From contig NC_058368.1 of NCBI RefSeq assembly GCF_018350175.1, positions 101,992,001-102,056,000 of the forward strand: DNA of 64,000 nt. The letters run 5' to 3'. The notes beneath the pieces are model-generated. The model was not told the origin of the DNA. It saw only the letters and a program-made list of their open reading frames with translations, and made no database searches. Positions 25,500 to 38,050 of this stretch are shown here, one piece after another (within the stretch, counting starts at the first letter, position 1; each line of letters starts with the position of its first letter). A program made the position numbers and the translations under genes. This stretch comes from Felis catus. Lineage: Eukaryota.

Positions 25500-25720
25500 G
25501 GGGCACCTGGGTGGCTCAGTCGGTTAAGCGGCCAACTTTGGCTCAGGTCATGATCTCACGGTTTGCGAGTTCGAGCCCCGCATCGGGCTCTGTGCTGACA
25601 GCACAGAGCCTGGAGCCTGCTTCGCACTCTGCGTCTCCCTCTCTTTCTGCCCTTCCCCCACTCATGCTGTCTCTGTCTCTCAAAAATAAATAAATATTAA
25701 AAAATTTAAAAAAAAAAAAA
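25500..25720 (+). mobile_element. Can-SINE
   Basis: Full structure; TSD ACACCTA(T/C)CCCA. Confidence 0.95.
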
Positions 25721-25972
25721 AAAAACACCTACCCCAAATAGGAATCAAGGAGTTGGGAGTGCCCGTAGCTGAAAATCCTATCAAATAGTTATAAACAGTA
25801 ATCTCAAAGCTTGGACTAGATCTTTGTGTATTTGAAGGAGACGTCATTATAGTCGAAGTGGCTTAGCCACGGGCCATTTCTTATACAGGGAATGCCTTCA
25901 GTTTAACAATCTGAAAGGAAAGGAAGGGAAGAAAGAGAAATAATTTTGCTGTCCATAATTATGTGAAGTACA

Positions 25973-26189
25973 GGGGCGCCTGGGTGGCTCAGTCGGTTAA
26001 GCATCCGACTTCGGCTCAGGTCATGATCTCGCGATCTGTGAGTTCGAGCCCCGCGTCGGGCTCTGTGCTGACAGCTCAGAACCTGGAGCCTGTTTCCGAT
26101 TCTGTGTCTCCCTCTCTCTCTGACCCTCTCCCATTCATGCTCTGTCTCTCTCTGTCTCAAAAATAAATAAATGTTAAAAATTCTTAAAA
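25973..26189 (+). mobile_element. Can-SINE
   Basis: TSD AATTATGTGAAG(T/G)AC 25957-25971/26190-26204. Confidence 0.95.
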
Positions 26190-26532
26190 AATTATGTGAA
26201 GGACCAACTCCACAGTAGGAAAAATCACTTTCACTAAAGGAGTTCAGACTGCAGGGTCTATGGGAATTCACTTTTGCCCGTGGGAGTTCCAGGTATGTAT
26301 ATGTGTGTTGAGTTTAACCGCCCTAATGGTGCCTGGTGTAACAAGAGCGGAGGTATCTAAGCAAGAGTATCTTGGAAAGTTCTGTCTCTTGCAGAGAGCT
26401 CTCTTGAACTCTTGTCATTTACCAAGGTATCGTCAACAAATGCGCCCGTCATAAAAGGTTCCCATACAGGGATGTCACTGGCAGAAGTTTCCAGGAAACA
26501 TAAATATCTCCAGTAACAATCGCTCTAGTTGT

Positions 26533-26733
26533 GGGATGCCTAGGTGGCCCAGTCGGTTAAGCATCGGACTCTTGATTTCAGCACAGGTCATAACTTCACA
26601 GTTCATGAGTTTAAGTCCCACACTGGGGTGATGGCATGAAGGCTGCTTGGGATTCTCTCTCTTTCTCTCTTGCTGCCCCTCCTCTGCTCTCTCCCTGTCT
26701 CTCTCTCAAAAGAAATAAACTTTAAGAAAAAAA
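26533..26733 (+). mobile_element. Can-SINE, older subfamily
   Basis: GACTCTTGATTTCAGC variant, CTGCTTGGGATTCTCTCTC, more diverged. Confidence 0.88.
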
Positions 26734-27317
26734 TTGGTAAGCAACCGTTCAAAGCCCTTCAGAACTCCCTTTTCCTTTGCCTTCCTCTATCGAGCAGGCT
26801 CCAGAACCGACATAATCACTTTCCCAGACTCCACCACAGCAAGGGGTGGCCAGGAATCACAGCCTTGGCCAGTGTACCTGCAGAGCCCATCGGTGAATGT
26901 ACCTTATCAAATAAAATTTGTGCTCAATGACACCGTCTTTTCTCTCATTTTCTTTGTTCCTGCCTGGAACAAGGACTTAATACCTTTAATTGCAGCAGGC
27001 ATCTTGTATCTTTGGGAACAAAAGTCCCAAGCTGTGCATGACAGAGTAGGAAGTTAGAAGTCTCATGCTCTGAATCTACCACTGACCCACTCCTGGGCTA
27101 TTTACCCTCAGATGTCAAGTTCCATGAAGCATATATTGACCCTGATATGTTTTAGCTGCTGAATAGGGGACTTTGTTACTTGCAACGAAATGCAATCCTA
27201 ACTGTGCAGTGTCTCTAACTTGGGTGATTCTGGTGACAGTCAGGTCCCTGGCAACGCTCAAAAGCACTGTCTTTACAGATTCAATGATCTTGGTCTTACC
27301 ATGAAAATGACACTCTA

Positions 27318-27552
27318 GGGGCGCCTGGGTGGCGCAGTCGGTTAAGCGTCCGACTTCAGCCAGGTCACCATCTCGCGGTCCGTGAGTTCGAGCCCCACGT
27401 CAGGCTCTGGGCTGATGGCTCAGAGCCTGGAGCCTGTTTCCGATTCTGTGTCTCCCTCTCTCTCTGCCCCTCCCCCGTTCATGCTCTGTCTCTCTCTGTC
27501 CCAAAAATAAATAAACGTTGAAAAAAAAATTAAAAAAAAAAAAAAGAAAAAA
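27318..27552 (+). mobile_element. Can-SINE, young felid subfamily
   Basis: GGTGGCGCAGTC..CTTCAGCCAGGTCAC; TSD GAAAATGACACTCTA 27303-27317/27553-27567. Confidence 0.96.
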
Positions 27553-27618
27553 GAAAATGACACTCTAACTCACACATTTAACAAATGCTGTGGGGTAAAC
27601 TATAAAACACTTTCTTCT

Positions 27619-27841
27619 GGGGCATCTGGGTGTCTCAGTCGGTTAAGGGTCCGAATATGGCTCAGGTCATGATCTCACGGTTTGTGGGTTCGAGCCCCAC
27701 ATCAGGCTCTGTGCTGACCGATCAGAGCCTGGAGTCTGCTTCAGATTCTGTGTGTCCCTCGCTCTCTGTCCCTCCCCCACATGTGCTCACTCTCTCTCTT
27801 TCTCTTTCCCTCTCTCTCTCTCAAAAATAAGTATTTAAAAA
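27619..27841 (+). mobile_element. Can-SINE with tail interrupted by L1
   Basis: Full head and body; A-tail resumes at about 28167-28180. Confidence 0.92.
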
Positions 27842-28166
27842 ATTGTGTTTAATAATTTATTGTCAAGTTGACTAACATACAGTGTATACAGTGTGCTCTT
27901 GGTTTGGGGGGGGTAGATTCCCGTGATTCAGCGCTTACATACAACACCCAGTGCTCATCCCAAGTACCCTCCTCAATGCCCATCACCCATTTTCCCCACC
28001 CCCATCAACCCTCAGTTTGTTCTCTGTATTTAAATGTGTCTTACGGTTTGCCTCCCTCTCTGTTTGTAACTTATTTTTCCTTCCCTTCCCCTATGGTCTG
28101 TTAAGTTTCTCATATTCCACATATGAATAAAAACATGTATCTGTCTTTTTCTGACTTATTTCACTT
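27842..28166 (-). mobile_element. 5'-truncated felid/carnivore L1 3' end
   Basis: Homologous to 127-388; extends to CTGACTTATTTCACTT. Confidence 0.88.
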
Positions 28167-29979
28167 ATAAAAAAAAATCTTAAAGCATTCTTCTGTAATG
28201 TGGAAGTAATTTGCATGTCTATGCTTCTTTTTCTTCCTAACCATTGGAACTGGTGTTGTGACAGAATCCCAGATTCCAGTACTGTTATTTAATTGTTGTC
28301 ATTGTTATTTTATATTGTTTTATTTGCCTTGTTTTGAGCTGCCCCTAACTATAAACTGGAAAACAAGGATTAAGAGAATAAGAGATAATGTTTTCTTTCA
28401 TTTTTTTGTATTTATACAAATTATTTTTAATTATACAAATTACACAATTACATGAAACACAGTGATAACTTGAGCTCCATTGATGGCGAACATTTTCCAA
28501 ATCGTTTTTTTTTTCAAATTGTTTCTCTTCTTAAAGTGAATCATACTCTTAGATTCCAACATATTACTATAAATCAACAAGTTCATTCTTTTCACATTCC
28601 ACCCTCTTAAAGCCTCTTTTTCTCCCTGAACTTGGTCAAAGTTATGATCAAAACTATTGCAGAAATCAGTTTTAACTTTAAAAACAGATTTTCCCCCAAT
28701 AGCAGGAAATGCAGAAAATATAAATTAAGTCCTGTCATTTGGAGAAAAATGAATACATTTTAGAAACGTGTAAGTTTTTCAATTCCTACACTTCCAGTTT
28801 CTTTGAACAAAATGACTTCCCTTATAACACCTTGTAGAGTTTTAATGTCTCCTCCTGTGAAACATGCTTGCGGTGGCTTTTAAATGGGTGACGTCTGTGG
28901 TCTTAGAACCACAAAACTCTTCGGAGTGTTGGTCTCAAGACCCAAGGGCAGATTGGCCTCTCTGTCAGAAGGCTGCTGTTCAATACTGAGTAATGGTATA
29001 CTGTGAGAAAACGTTAAGGAAACGAACTGTCCTTGGCTTTTGTTCTGGTTTTTTTTAATGATGTGATTATTTTAGAAGTTTGATTTCACAGAATGGTAAG
29101 TCACAGCGTATCATGTGCCTAAATTCGTTACAACTTATAAACAAGCAAGGCCAGATCCAACATACAGGTAGAGAAGTGGATATGTGTACTGGCATAGAAG
29201 TTGAACTCTCTTAGACACTCACTGCAAAGAAGACTGAAGCCTCTATTTGGAAGTTGAATTTGGCAGATACATCTGGTGACATTTACAATCAACAAAGGCC
29301 CACTGTTAAGTATTAAATTTAAATGGGTCATCCTGAATTTTTATCTCCAGCCGTGTTGATATATAAGCTATTCATTGAATTAGTGCCTTATTTGTTTCGT
29401 TGAGGAAAAGAGAGAATGTGAAATAAATTCCACTTTATATCATAGTGTAGGATTCAGGCGGAATTTCCAAAGTTTGCAAAATTAACTCCACATTATTAAT
29501 GTCTCCTTCACCTTCTAGAACGCAGAGCTTTCTCATGCTTAGAACACATGGAGGCAACAAAGCAACACGTCTACGTGGAAGACATCCTATGAATAGGACA
29601 GATGCACCTCGTAGACCAAGGGCAACAAATGTAGCTGCAAATCCTACTTGGGAATTTATTCCCAAAAGTGACTTTTCAAATTCCAAAAATATATCTACTC
29701 TTAAATCTTCCAAGGTAGTTCACTTATAGAGATTCCATGAGAAAGAGATCCATTTTCCCAATTCTGAAACAGTAATGGGAAATGTCCAAATGTAGTTGGT
29801 ATGGACTTTCTAGCTTCTCTACATACTTAGTATCCGTAATCAAAAATAAATTAAGAAAGGTCTATCATACAAAAAAAAAAAAAAGAGAATATTCCTAAGG
29901 ACAAGAATGGTAATAAAACAAAATATCAAGAATAGAGGCCCAGAAGCAAGATTCCTGGATCCAAATTTAGCTGTAGTAT

Positions 29980-30405
29980 AATGGTTCTAAACTATAGTCA
30001 AGATCAAAAAGAGCTTGAGCAACACGAGGGAACATAATTAAAATATGAATTCTCAGGCCCAACCCCAAACCTACTTAATTGGAAACTCTAGGGATGGTGA
30101 CTAGACATCTGTTTTTTTTTTTTTTAGATTTTTTTAACGTTTTATTTATTTTTGAGACAGGGAGAGACAGAGCATGAACAGGGGAGGGTCAGAGAGAGGG
30201 AGACACAGAATCTGAAACAGGCTCCAGGCTCTGAGCTGTCAGCACAGAGCCTGACGCGGGGCTCGAACTCACGGACCGCTAGATCATGACCGGAGCCGAA
30301 GTCAGCCGCTTAACCAACTGAGCCACCCAGGCGCCCCATTAGCCATCTGTTTTAAGAAATTCTTCAGGTGCTTCTGGATCTTGCTAAGGTGTAAGTAGCA
30401 CTCAC
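29980..30405. mobile_element. MER5A-like element split by a Can-SINE
   Basis: GAATTCTCAGGCCCAACCCCAAACCTACT..GAAACTCTAGGGATGG // ATCTGTTTTAAGAAATTCTTCAGGTG. Confidence 0.7.
30116..30338 (-). mobile_element. Can-SINE
   Basis: TSD TAG(A/C)CATCTGTTTT 30102-30115/30340-30353. Confidence 0.95.
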
Positions 30406-30591
30406 CTAGAACTGGCCAGCTGTATGATTTGACCATGATAATAATTTTGTGCCTTGTTTTTCTCATTTATAAAACTGGGGGAAGGAGGTGGTGGATAACA
30501 CTCTCTCTCTCTCTCTCTCTCTCGAACAGTAAGTGGTCAATTAATTTTAGCTCTAGGTTAGTCATTAGAGATTTAAAGATAACGTGTTTTC

Positions 30592-30819
30592 ATTTTATTT
30601 TATTTTTTTTTCAACGTTTATTTATTTTTTTGGGGGGACAGAGAGAGACAGAGCATGAACGGGGGAGGGGCAGAGAGAGAGGGAGACACAGAATCGGAAA
30701 CAGGCTCCAGGCTCCGAGCCATCAGCCCAGAGCCTGACGCGGGGCTCGAACTCCTGGACCGCGAGATCGTGACCTGGCTGAAGTCGGATGCTTAACCGAC
30801 TGCGCCACCCAGGCGCCCC
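30592..30819 (-). mobile_element. Can-SINE, young felid subfamily, in the tail of an older SINE
   Basis: GTGACCTGGCTGAAG..GACTGCGCCACCCAGGCGCCCC. Confidence 0.95.
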
Positions 30820-31007
30820 TTAAATGCCTATTTTTAAGAGAGCACACAGGAGTGGGGCAGGGGGAGAGAGAGGGAGACAGAGGACCCAAAGTGGACCCTC
30901 CATGCTGACAGCAGCGAGCCCAGGGTAGGGCTTGAACTCAGAAACCATAAGATCATGACCTCAGCCAAAGGTGGACACTTAACTGCCTGAGCCACCCCGG
31001 ATGCTCC
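30820..31007 (-). mobile_element. Can-SINE, older
   Basis: Diverged copy; outer TSD AAAGATAAC..TGTTTTCA at 30575 and 31008. Confidence 0.85.
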
Positions 31008-31309
31008 AAAGATAACAATGTTTTCAAGTGATTACTTTGTGTAGTTTGGTGTGATAACACATTCCTTTTCTGTACACAAAGTGATTTCACATACATTATG
31101 ATTTTTTACCCTCATTTATGCCCCTAAGATGGGAGAGACAGGAATTATAGTCGTCTTTCCCCTTACACCCAATAAATATGTATTAATTACCGAAGCCACC
31201 GTGTGCCCACCCCGGTGCTGGTGGCTGGAACAGAACGGAAACAAGATAAAGAAGGCCCTACCCTCCAAAAGCTAACATTCCGATTTGATTCAACTCAACC
31301 AATCAGACA

Positions 31310-31480
31310 CAAAGTTCTGCATAAAATTTGTAACAGCAGTGAGAAGGCTTATTGAAAATACAGATTCTTTGGCTACACCTCCTAAGAATTAGATTCATTT
31401 GTATTAAGCTAGAGCCCTGGAATCTAAAGTACTGATAACTTTCCCAGATGATGCCGACACATGTGGTCCAGGAAAAACAT
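31310..31480. mobile_element. MER5A-like fragment
   Basis: AAAATACAGATTCTTTGGCTACACC..CCCTGGAATCT..TTCCCAGATGATGCCGA..TGGTCCAGG. Confidence 0.65.
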
Positions 31481-32109
31481 GGAAAAAAGCCAGCCAACCA
31501 TATGGATCTATGTGTGTAAGAACAAATCCTTACAAAGAAGGATGAGTCTCATAATGGGGGGAACTCAGGATAATATGGAAGACCTTTCCTTGACCAAGGG
31601 ATCTTAATTAGGCTGATCTCTAAGGGCTTTATTTCAGGCATTTAAGAACAAAGAAAGAAAGACAAAGTGCTTTTTGCCATTGTTACTGAGGATTCCTGAG
31701 TTATGAAGCAGCCACCATCTTCAATGCTGCTAGCTGCTGTGACAAACAGAAGAGAAAGTTCTGAGCACTATGAACCAACAATGAAAGATATGGGTAGAGA
31801 GTAAAGCTTGCCCCTTCCTTTCACAAATCACTTTCCAGAATTGGACATGCGAGTCCTCTTACCTACACAGGGGCTAAAAAAGGCAATCGTACCCACACAA
31901 CTAGAGAAAAATCAGGAAATCCAGGAACAACAATCATCTTGAAATCATTTTATCAATGATAAAACTGAACTTTAGCAATAAATAACTTCCTCAGAATAAC
32001 ACAGTCACTAAGTACCCCCAAGAAAGATTCATTCTCCAGTTTCTCCTATAGCATCGATTACAACGGCGACTAAAACTCCAGCCCATCTCCAAATACTCTC
32101 ACAGGAGCC

Positions 32110-32490
32110 TGAATTAATTCAATACATTTGTTTTCTGTGAACTCTGTTCCAGTTGCAGAGGGTTCCAAGATGAGTAAGACATCAATCCTTTCTCCAAAAG
32201 ACTCATACTCTACTGGAAGAGACAGTCACAGCACAACGAATATAGGACACCTCAGACTATAAGTAATGGACCAGAGGGATGAATACATGAACTAAGTGAC
32301 ATCCAACCGCAACTGGGGAAATTAATTCTGCAGGTGATTAAGCAAAGGGTTACAGAAGATGCCATGTTTGAGGTGAACCTGAAAGAATAATCAGAGTTTT
32401 GGGTTTTGGAAAGGAGATCACTCCAGGCAGAGCTGACACAATGGACATACACCTAAGGGCCCTATTTTAGGAATGGTGAGGAGCCCAGGC
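32110..32490 (-). mobile_element. L2 fragment
   Basis: ATTCAATACATTTG..ATGAGTAAGACATCAATCC..ACAGAAGATGCCATGTTTGAGGTGAACCTGAAAGAATAA. Confidence 0.65.
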
Positions 32491-33513
32491 CAGTTTTTTT
32501 CCATAGGGTTCCTAAGGTCAGGAATCAGAAACTTTCTAAGGAGTACTTTGGAATTCAAGAGTGAAGGATGTAGAATGGTATGCCAAGGAATTTTTCCTTT
32601 TCTTTTCCCAAGATGAGATACTGTTGAGAATTGTTAAGTAGCATAGAAATATTTGAGTTACAAAGAAAACTGAGGGAATAGGGAAAGAATGAAGCCAGAA
32701 AGAGTTTAAAATGATGATTCAGGCTAGACCACATAATCACGGCAAAGATGGGGACTCTGGATATCTGGACCAGGAATGCTAAAATCCTAAAGTCATGACT
32801 GATCTTCTGATAAGGAAATCAGTATCAATCCAAATGGCCACAAACACGGTTGTAAAGGACATAAAAGGTCAATCCAACTACCAGGTGCACAAATGTTAGA
32901 GGACTAAGGTGATTAGACATGCAGATAAAGGAGGGCATGTAGGATGCTCTCCAGTATCTGTGAGCCCATTAGAATGTTCCAAATAACCTCCATACTTCAG
33001 GATGTGAATTGGATAACATCCAGACTAAGGGTCTTTAGAGATCTTTCGAACAAAAACCCATGACGTGACAAAAATGCAAGAGTAGAAACGGTTGTATAAG
33101 GACCCCACACAGATTTTAGCAGGCTCCATTCTGAAATCCAGATCCAACAGTAATTATATCATAAACTGGGTTTGCTTTATGTCAAGGTAAACATTCAAGT
33201 ACTCTTTACAGCGATGGTTCTTTCTGCCTTTGACCTTCACCCATAAAGAGCTCCCTGTGACCAAAGACACTTTCCCTATTTGCTTCTGGAAAAAATAGTT
33301 TACAGGATTCGCATGGGAGCCTCACTTTCCTGTGAGTACGTGTACAGAAGAATGCACTTGTACTGAAAAGTTCAAAGACAGAGTTTTGATGAGTAATGAT
33401 AAATAAAATCCTTAATATTTGCTTATACTTTCACCTCTTGATTGTCCTGTAATGGATTATCCAATGTTCGTATTATCCATGCTCTCTGTATCTGTTTTTA
33501 AAAAGGAGGTTTC

Positions 33514-33736
33514 GGGGCGCCTGGGTGGCGCAGTCGGTTAAGCATCCGACTTCAGCCAGGTCACGATCTCGCGGTCCGTGAGTTCGAGCCCCGCGTCAGG
33601 CTCTGGGCTGATGGCTCAGAGCCTGGAGCCTGTTTCCAATTCTGTGTCTCCCTCTCTCTCTGCCCCTGCCCCGTTCATGCTCTGTCTCTCTCTGTCCCAA
33701 AAATAAATAAACGTTGAAAAAAAAATTAAAAAAAAA
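33514..33736 (+). mobile_element. Can-SINE, young felid subfamily
   Basis: Diagnostic variant; TSD AAAAGGAGGTTTC 33501-33513/33737-33749. Confidence 0.96.
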
Positions 33737-33750
33737 AAAAGGAGGTTTCT

Positions 33751-33974
33751 GGGGCGCCTGGGTGGCTCAGTCAGTTAAGCGTCCGACTTCAGCTCAGGTC
33801 ACGATCTCACGGTTCTTGAGTTCGAGCCCCGCGTCGGGCTCTGGGCTGATGGCTCAGAGCTTGGAGCCTGCTTCCGATTCTGTGTCTCCCTCTCTCTTCC
33901 CCTCCCCCATTCATGCTCTCTCTCTGTCTCAAAAATAAATAAACATTAAAAAAAATTTTTTAAATAAATAAATA
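33751..33974 (+). mobile_element. Can-SINE
   Basis: TSD AAAAGGAGGTTTC 33737-33749/33975-33987. Confidence 0.96.
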
Positions 33975-34098
33975 AAAAGGAGGTTTCAGCAGAGAGGAAA
34001 AGAGAAACATTTTTTTTACAGTCAATTATTCAACTTATTAGCCGTTGTCACATTTGCCAGGATCCTGGTATATAACTCATGTCTAAAGTCTTCATTTA

Positions 34099-34321
34099 TT
34101 TATTTTAAAAAAAAATTTTTTTTAATGTTTATTTTTGAGACAGAGAGAGACAGAGTATGAATGGGGGAGGGGCAGAGAGAGAGGGAGACACAGAATCGGA
34201 AACAGGCTCCAGGCTCTGAGCCATCAGCACAGAGCCCGACGCGGGGCTCAAACTCACGGACCGTGAGATCATGACCTGAGCCGAAGTGGGACGCTTAACC
34301 ACCTGAGCCACCCAAGAGCCC
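34099..34321 (-). mobile_element. Can-SINE
   Basis: TSD CTAAAGTCTTCATTTA 34083-34098/34322-34337. Confidence 0.96.
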
Positions 34322-34354
34322 CTAAAGTCTTCATTTAAAGAAATCTAATAGCAG

Positions 34355-34540
34355 GGGTGGCTCAGGCGGTTAAGCATCCAACTCTTGACTTTGGCTCAGG
34401 TCATGATCTCATGGTTTGTGAGACTGAGTCCCATGTCAGGTTCGGTACTGAGCAGGAAGTCTGCTTAGGATTCTTTCTCTCTGGCTCTCTGCCCCTCCCC
34501 TCATCATTTTCTCTCACAAAATAAATAAATTAAAACAAAT
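34355..34540 (+). mobile_element. Can-SINE, older subfamily
   Basis: TSD AATCTAAT(A/G)GCAG 34342-34354/34541-34553. Confidence 0.9.
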
Positions 34541-35344
34541 AATCTAATGGCAGCTATGGCATCTGTATGCTTCCTCTAGTTCACTGCAATGGGAGACCAA
34601 AGTATAAAAATGGATTTTGATTAAAAAAATATGAGCAATTTGATACTTTTCTTAAAATACCAATAGGCCGTTAAGCTAGCATCATATGGCACCAGTAACT
34701 AGAGTAAATGTTAAAATTCAACATGGAAACGTGTCTAACCCATCCAACGACCAATACATTTAAATAGTACGGGTTAACACCTGTTGGTAGTAAACTCTAA
34801 CAGAAGAATCTTCCTTATCATGCTAGTCTCTTTTCATAGGCAATTTGAGCCACACCACAGCAAGAATTATCACCAATTTATACTTGACTTAAAGTTTTAT
34901 GCCTCTTTTAAACTTCAGACGTGATCTGCTTTTTGTGAGGAAAATCAGTCTAGATCTAGAATTTAAATCTAAATTAAGGGACACTGCCACCAGCCCTAAG
35001 TTCTACAACGACACCTCAGTTTCTTCCGAATGACTGGCTCTTTTCCATTACGTAAAATCATTACTACCTCTGAACAATGCTTGAGGTAAGCAAGGAAAGA
35101 CAAAGGGTCGTGTAAGTCAAGTTGAGAGTAGAAGTCTAATAAAAGCTCAGTAGGGAAGGCCAGGATGGGCTTGTACATTAACACACTTCCAAAGAGCTAT
35201 TTGAAAGGGGAGTTGATATGCATTTGAAAGCATCTAAATTACTGGTCAAATCGTAAGGTTTTTGTCGATTGGAAAATTTTTATCAGCCCAGCAGGTCATA
35301 TGATGCATAGCTCTGTGTGTTATTGGGACTAACACGCTTCATTA

Positions 35345-35810
35345 TTTTCCAACTGCCCCCTTGGCATCTCTACTTGGATACTCCAGAGCTAGGTATCCAT
35401 CACATATAAAACCAAAGTCACGATCTTTCTTTGAAAGCCTATTTTTGCTTTTCTATTGTATCCCAAAAAGACACCATAGTTATAGCTAATCAACCAGAAA
35501 TCTGAGCACTTTGCCCTGAGATCACACCCTCCTTCCTCCCCCTATTCAATCCATGACCCAGGCCCACCAATATACATGCCTCCTTCCCAGCTCAGGCTTG
35601 AAATTCTTCTAGTACCGTCCCATTGCTGTTACCAGGCCAGTATAGACTCTGCAAGATCTCAACACTGCCTACTGCTCAGGCCTTATCTTTACCCACTCTA
35701 TTTGAGACCCGTATTCCACATGGCTTCCTTTTAGTTCTTTCAATATGCCACAGTCCTTCCCTCCATGGTTTTTCCACACACGCGTTTGGAATACTTCTAC
35801 CGAAAGATGG
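35345..35810 (+). mobile_element. L2 fragment
   Basis: TCCAACTGCCCCCTTGGCATCTCTACTTGGATA..CCAGAAATCTGAG..CCCCTATTCAATCCATGACC. Confidence 0.65.
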
Positions 35811-36486
35811 ATCTTGCAACACCTAGAAGGAACCTCCAGCTCAGATCTTTATGGACACAGCATCATTAATTAACAGCGATTAGACTGTATCTTGAAAAGA
35901 GAGCTAACTGCATCAGTTTAACAGACAGGCAATATAAGCATGAACATAGTATACAGCTGTCTAGGGCACAATCACCAATGACACGCAGTAAACTTCCATC
36001 CACCAAAAGTGTTACGAGTGGTGGTTTGGAGATCGTGCACTTTTACATTTTATACCAAAAAATTTTAAAGGTGCAGTTCGTCATCCTATTTGCAAACACC
36101 TTAAAAGTGGTTTAGCCTGCAAAGAATACAAAGCCTGAGGGGAATCTGATAAAAAAAAAAAACAACAGTGTCATTAGTTCCGGAACAACTGAAGGCGAAA
36201 GGAAAAGCAAAGAAGACGCACGGGGCTTGAAGCTGTTAAGTTTTGGAAGTGGATGACTTCCAGGACGTTATGTGTTTCTGTTTTTCCCTTCATCTGCTAA
36301 CTCTCTAAGAGATCTTGATCTCATCAGGGTGACTCTGCCAACCTGAATACTTTGCAGGGATGTAACTTCCTGAATAGAAGTTATAGCTGAAGGAGCTGGG
36401 ATACCTTTTCCAAATGTAAGAGCATGCTTTCAAAAACAAGTAACGAAACACAAATATACAGATGCGATATTAAGACTATGAGGAAG

Positions 36487-36654
36487 GGGCACCTGGGTGG
36501 CTCAGTCAGTTGAGCACCCAGCTCTTGATTTCCACTCAGGTCATGATCCCAAGGTCATGGGATCGAGACCCGCATCGGGCTCTGTGCTGACAGCACAAAG
36601 CCTGTTTGGGATTCTCTCTCTCGAAATAAATAAATAAACATTAAAAAAAGAGAG
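36487..36654 (+). mobile_element. Can-SINE, older, CT body largely deleted
   Basis: TSD AGACTATGA(G/C)GAAG 36473-36486/36655-36668. Confidence 0.92.
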
Positions 36655-37617
36655 AGACTATGACGAAGAAACATGAACATGAACATGAACATGAACATTG
36701 TTTCATATTACATGAAACAATGAAATATACCACTGAAAGCTCCCATCGAAAGGCAATCTAAAGGATGGAGTCTCTCTTTATATGCTGGCTTCTCCACAAA
36801 TGTCAACCAAATGATACTGGCCCCTGGCCCCAAAAGCCCTGTCCCTCAATCTCTCCACTGTCCAGTCTTACTCCCCCTCATATTAAGACCAAGCTAAGTA
36901 TCTTCTCCGGTTGCCAAGAGACTTTGGTAACACTTTCTCATTATGGAAAAGACCCTTCCTGCTTTGACTACAGACTATAGGACTTCTTCCGATTCATCCA
37001 CTTATCATCAGATTCTGGCCCACACCTTTTGCTTTCCATGTACACACTTCGCATTGGGAAGACTTTGATGACAAAGACTCCCCAGTCTCTCCAGGGGCAG
37101 TTGTTCTAAACTGACTCAAGGCCATGGTCTCAGGGACTATGCTTTTTAAGTTACGGCTCCTACACAGAATTCTGCAATGAGACCACTTAAAAAGCTGAGT
37201 TTTCATTTATGCTCCTTAAAATTCGGGCTGTGACTCCACGACCTGGGAAATGTCCCTCTCTCTGGTTTGATGTGTTCTGGGCACTGGAGCTCTGAGTGGC
37301 ACAGGATCCATAAGACAATTTTATATTAAATTCTGGCTTTTAGAGAGGGGTATTAGCTTCCTCGTTGTGTATCCTGAATAAAATGCCCCAAAATCCCAGA
37401 ATTATGAATTTTGTAATGCTGTTTCCAGTATTTCCTTTTCTACTTACACCCCCCAGTAACAACCTACAGTTTTAATTTTTTGGTTTTTTTAATTACTCGA
37501 GCCTGACATGAACACTGCCACAAATGTCACCGAAATAACTGGATTTCTACCAGGGCAAGTCTACCACTTGCCCTGAAGCCATGCTTCCACCTGTGGCCGT
37601 AAGAATCCATAACACAT

Positions 37618-37845
37618 GGGGCGCCTGGATGGCTCAGTCGGTTAAGCATCCGACTCCGGCTCAGGTCATGATCTCGCGGTCCGTGAGTTCGAGCCCCGCG
37701 TCGGGCTCTTTGCTGACAGCTCGGAGCCCAGAGCCTGTTTCAGATTCTGTGTCTCCCTCTCTCTCTGACCCTCCCCCGTCCATGCTCTGTCTCTCCCTGT
37801 CTCAAAAATAAATAAACGTTAAAAAAAAAAAAATTAAAAAAAAAA
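37618..37845 (+). mobile_element. Can-SINE
   Basis: TSD AAGAATCC(A/G)TAACACA 37601-37616/37846-37861. Confidence 0.96.
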
Positions 37846-38050
37846 AAGAATCCGTAACACAGCAGTGGTGAGCATCCCTGTCTCTTTATTTGCACAGATA
37901 GCTGAATAATCAGAAATTTCTGGGTAAAAAGTTAGTTTTGTGCTGTGAATTTTGTTTACCTACCCCGGCTCTGCTTCTTAGCATGGATTTCTAAAACCTA
38001 GCATCTTTTCTTAGTGGGAGATGTGAAAACTGACAAAGAAAGCAACTGGA

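Noticed and set aside
29435..29729. Overlapping opposite-strand ORFs (92 and 76 aa) in unique DNA, with a possible acceptor near 29518
   Set aside because: No recognisable protein, weak donor (AAG|GTAGTT), and length within random expectation
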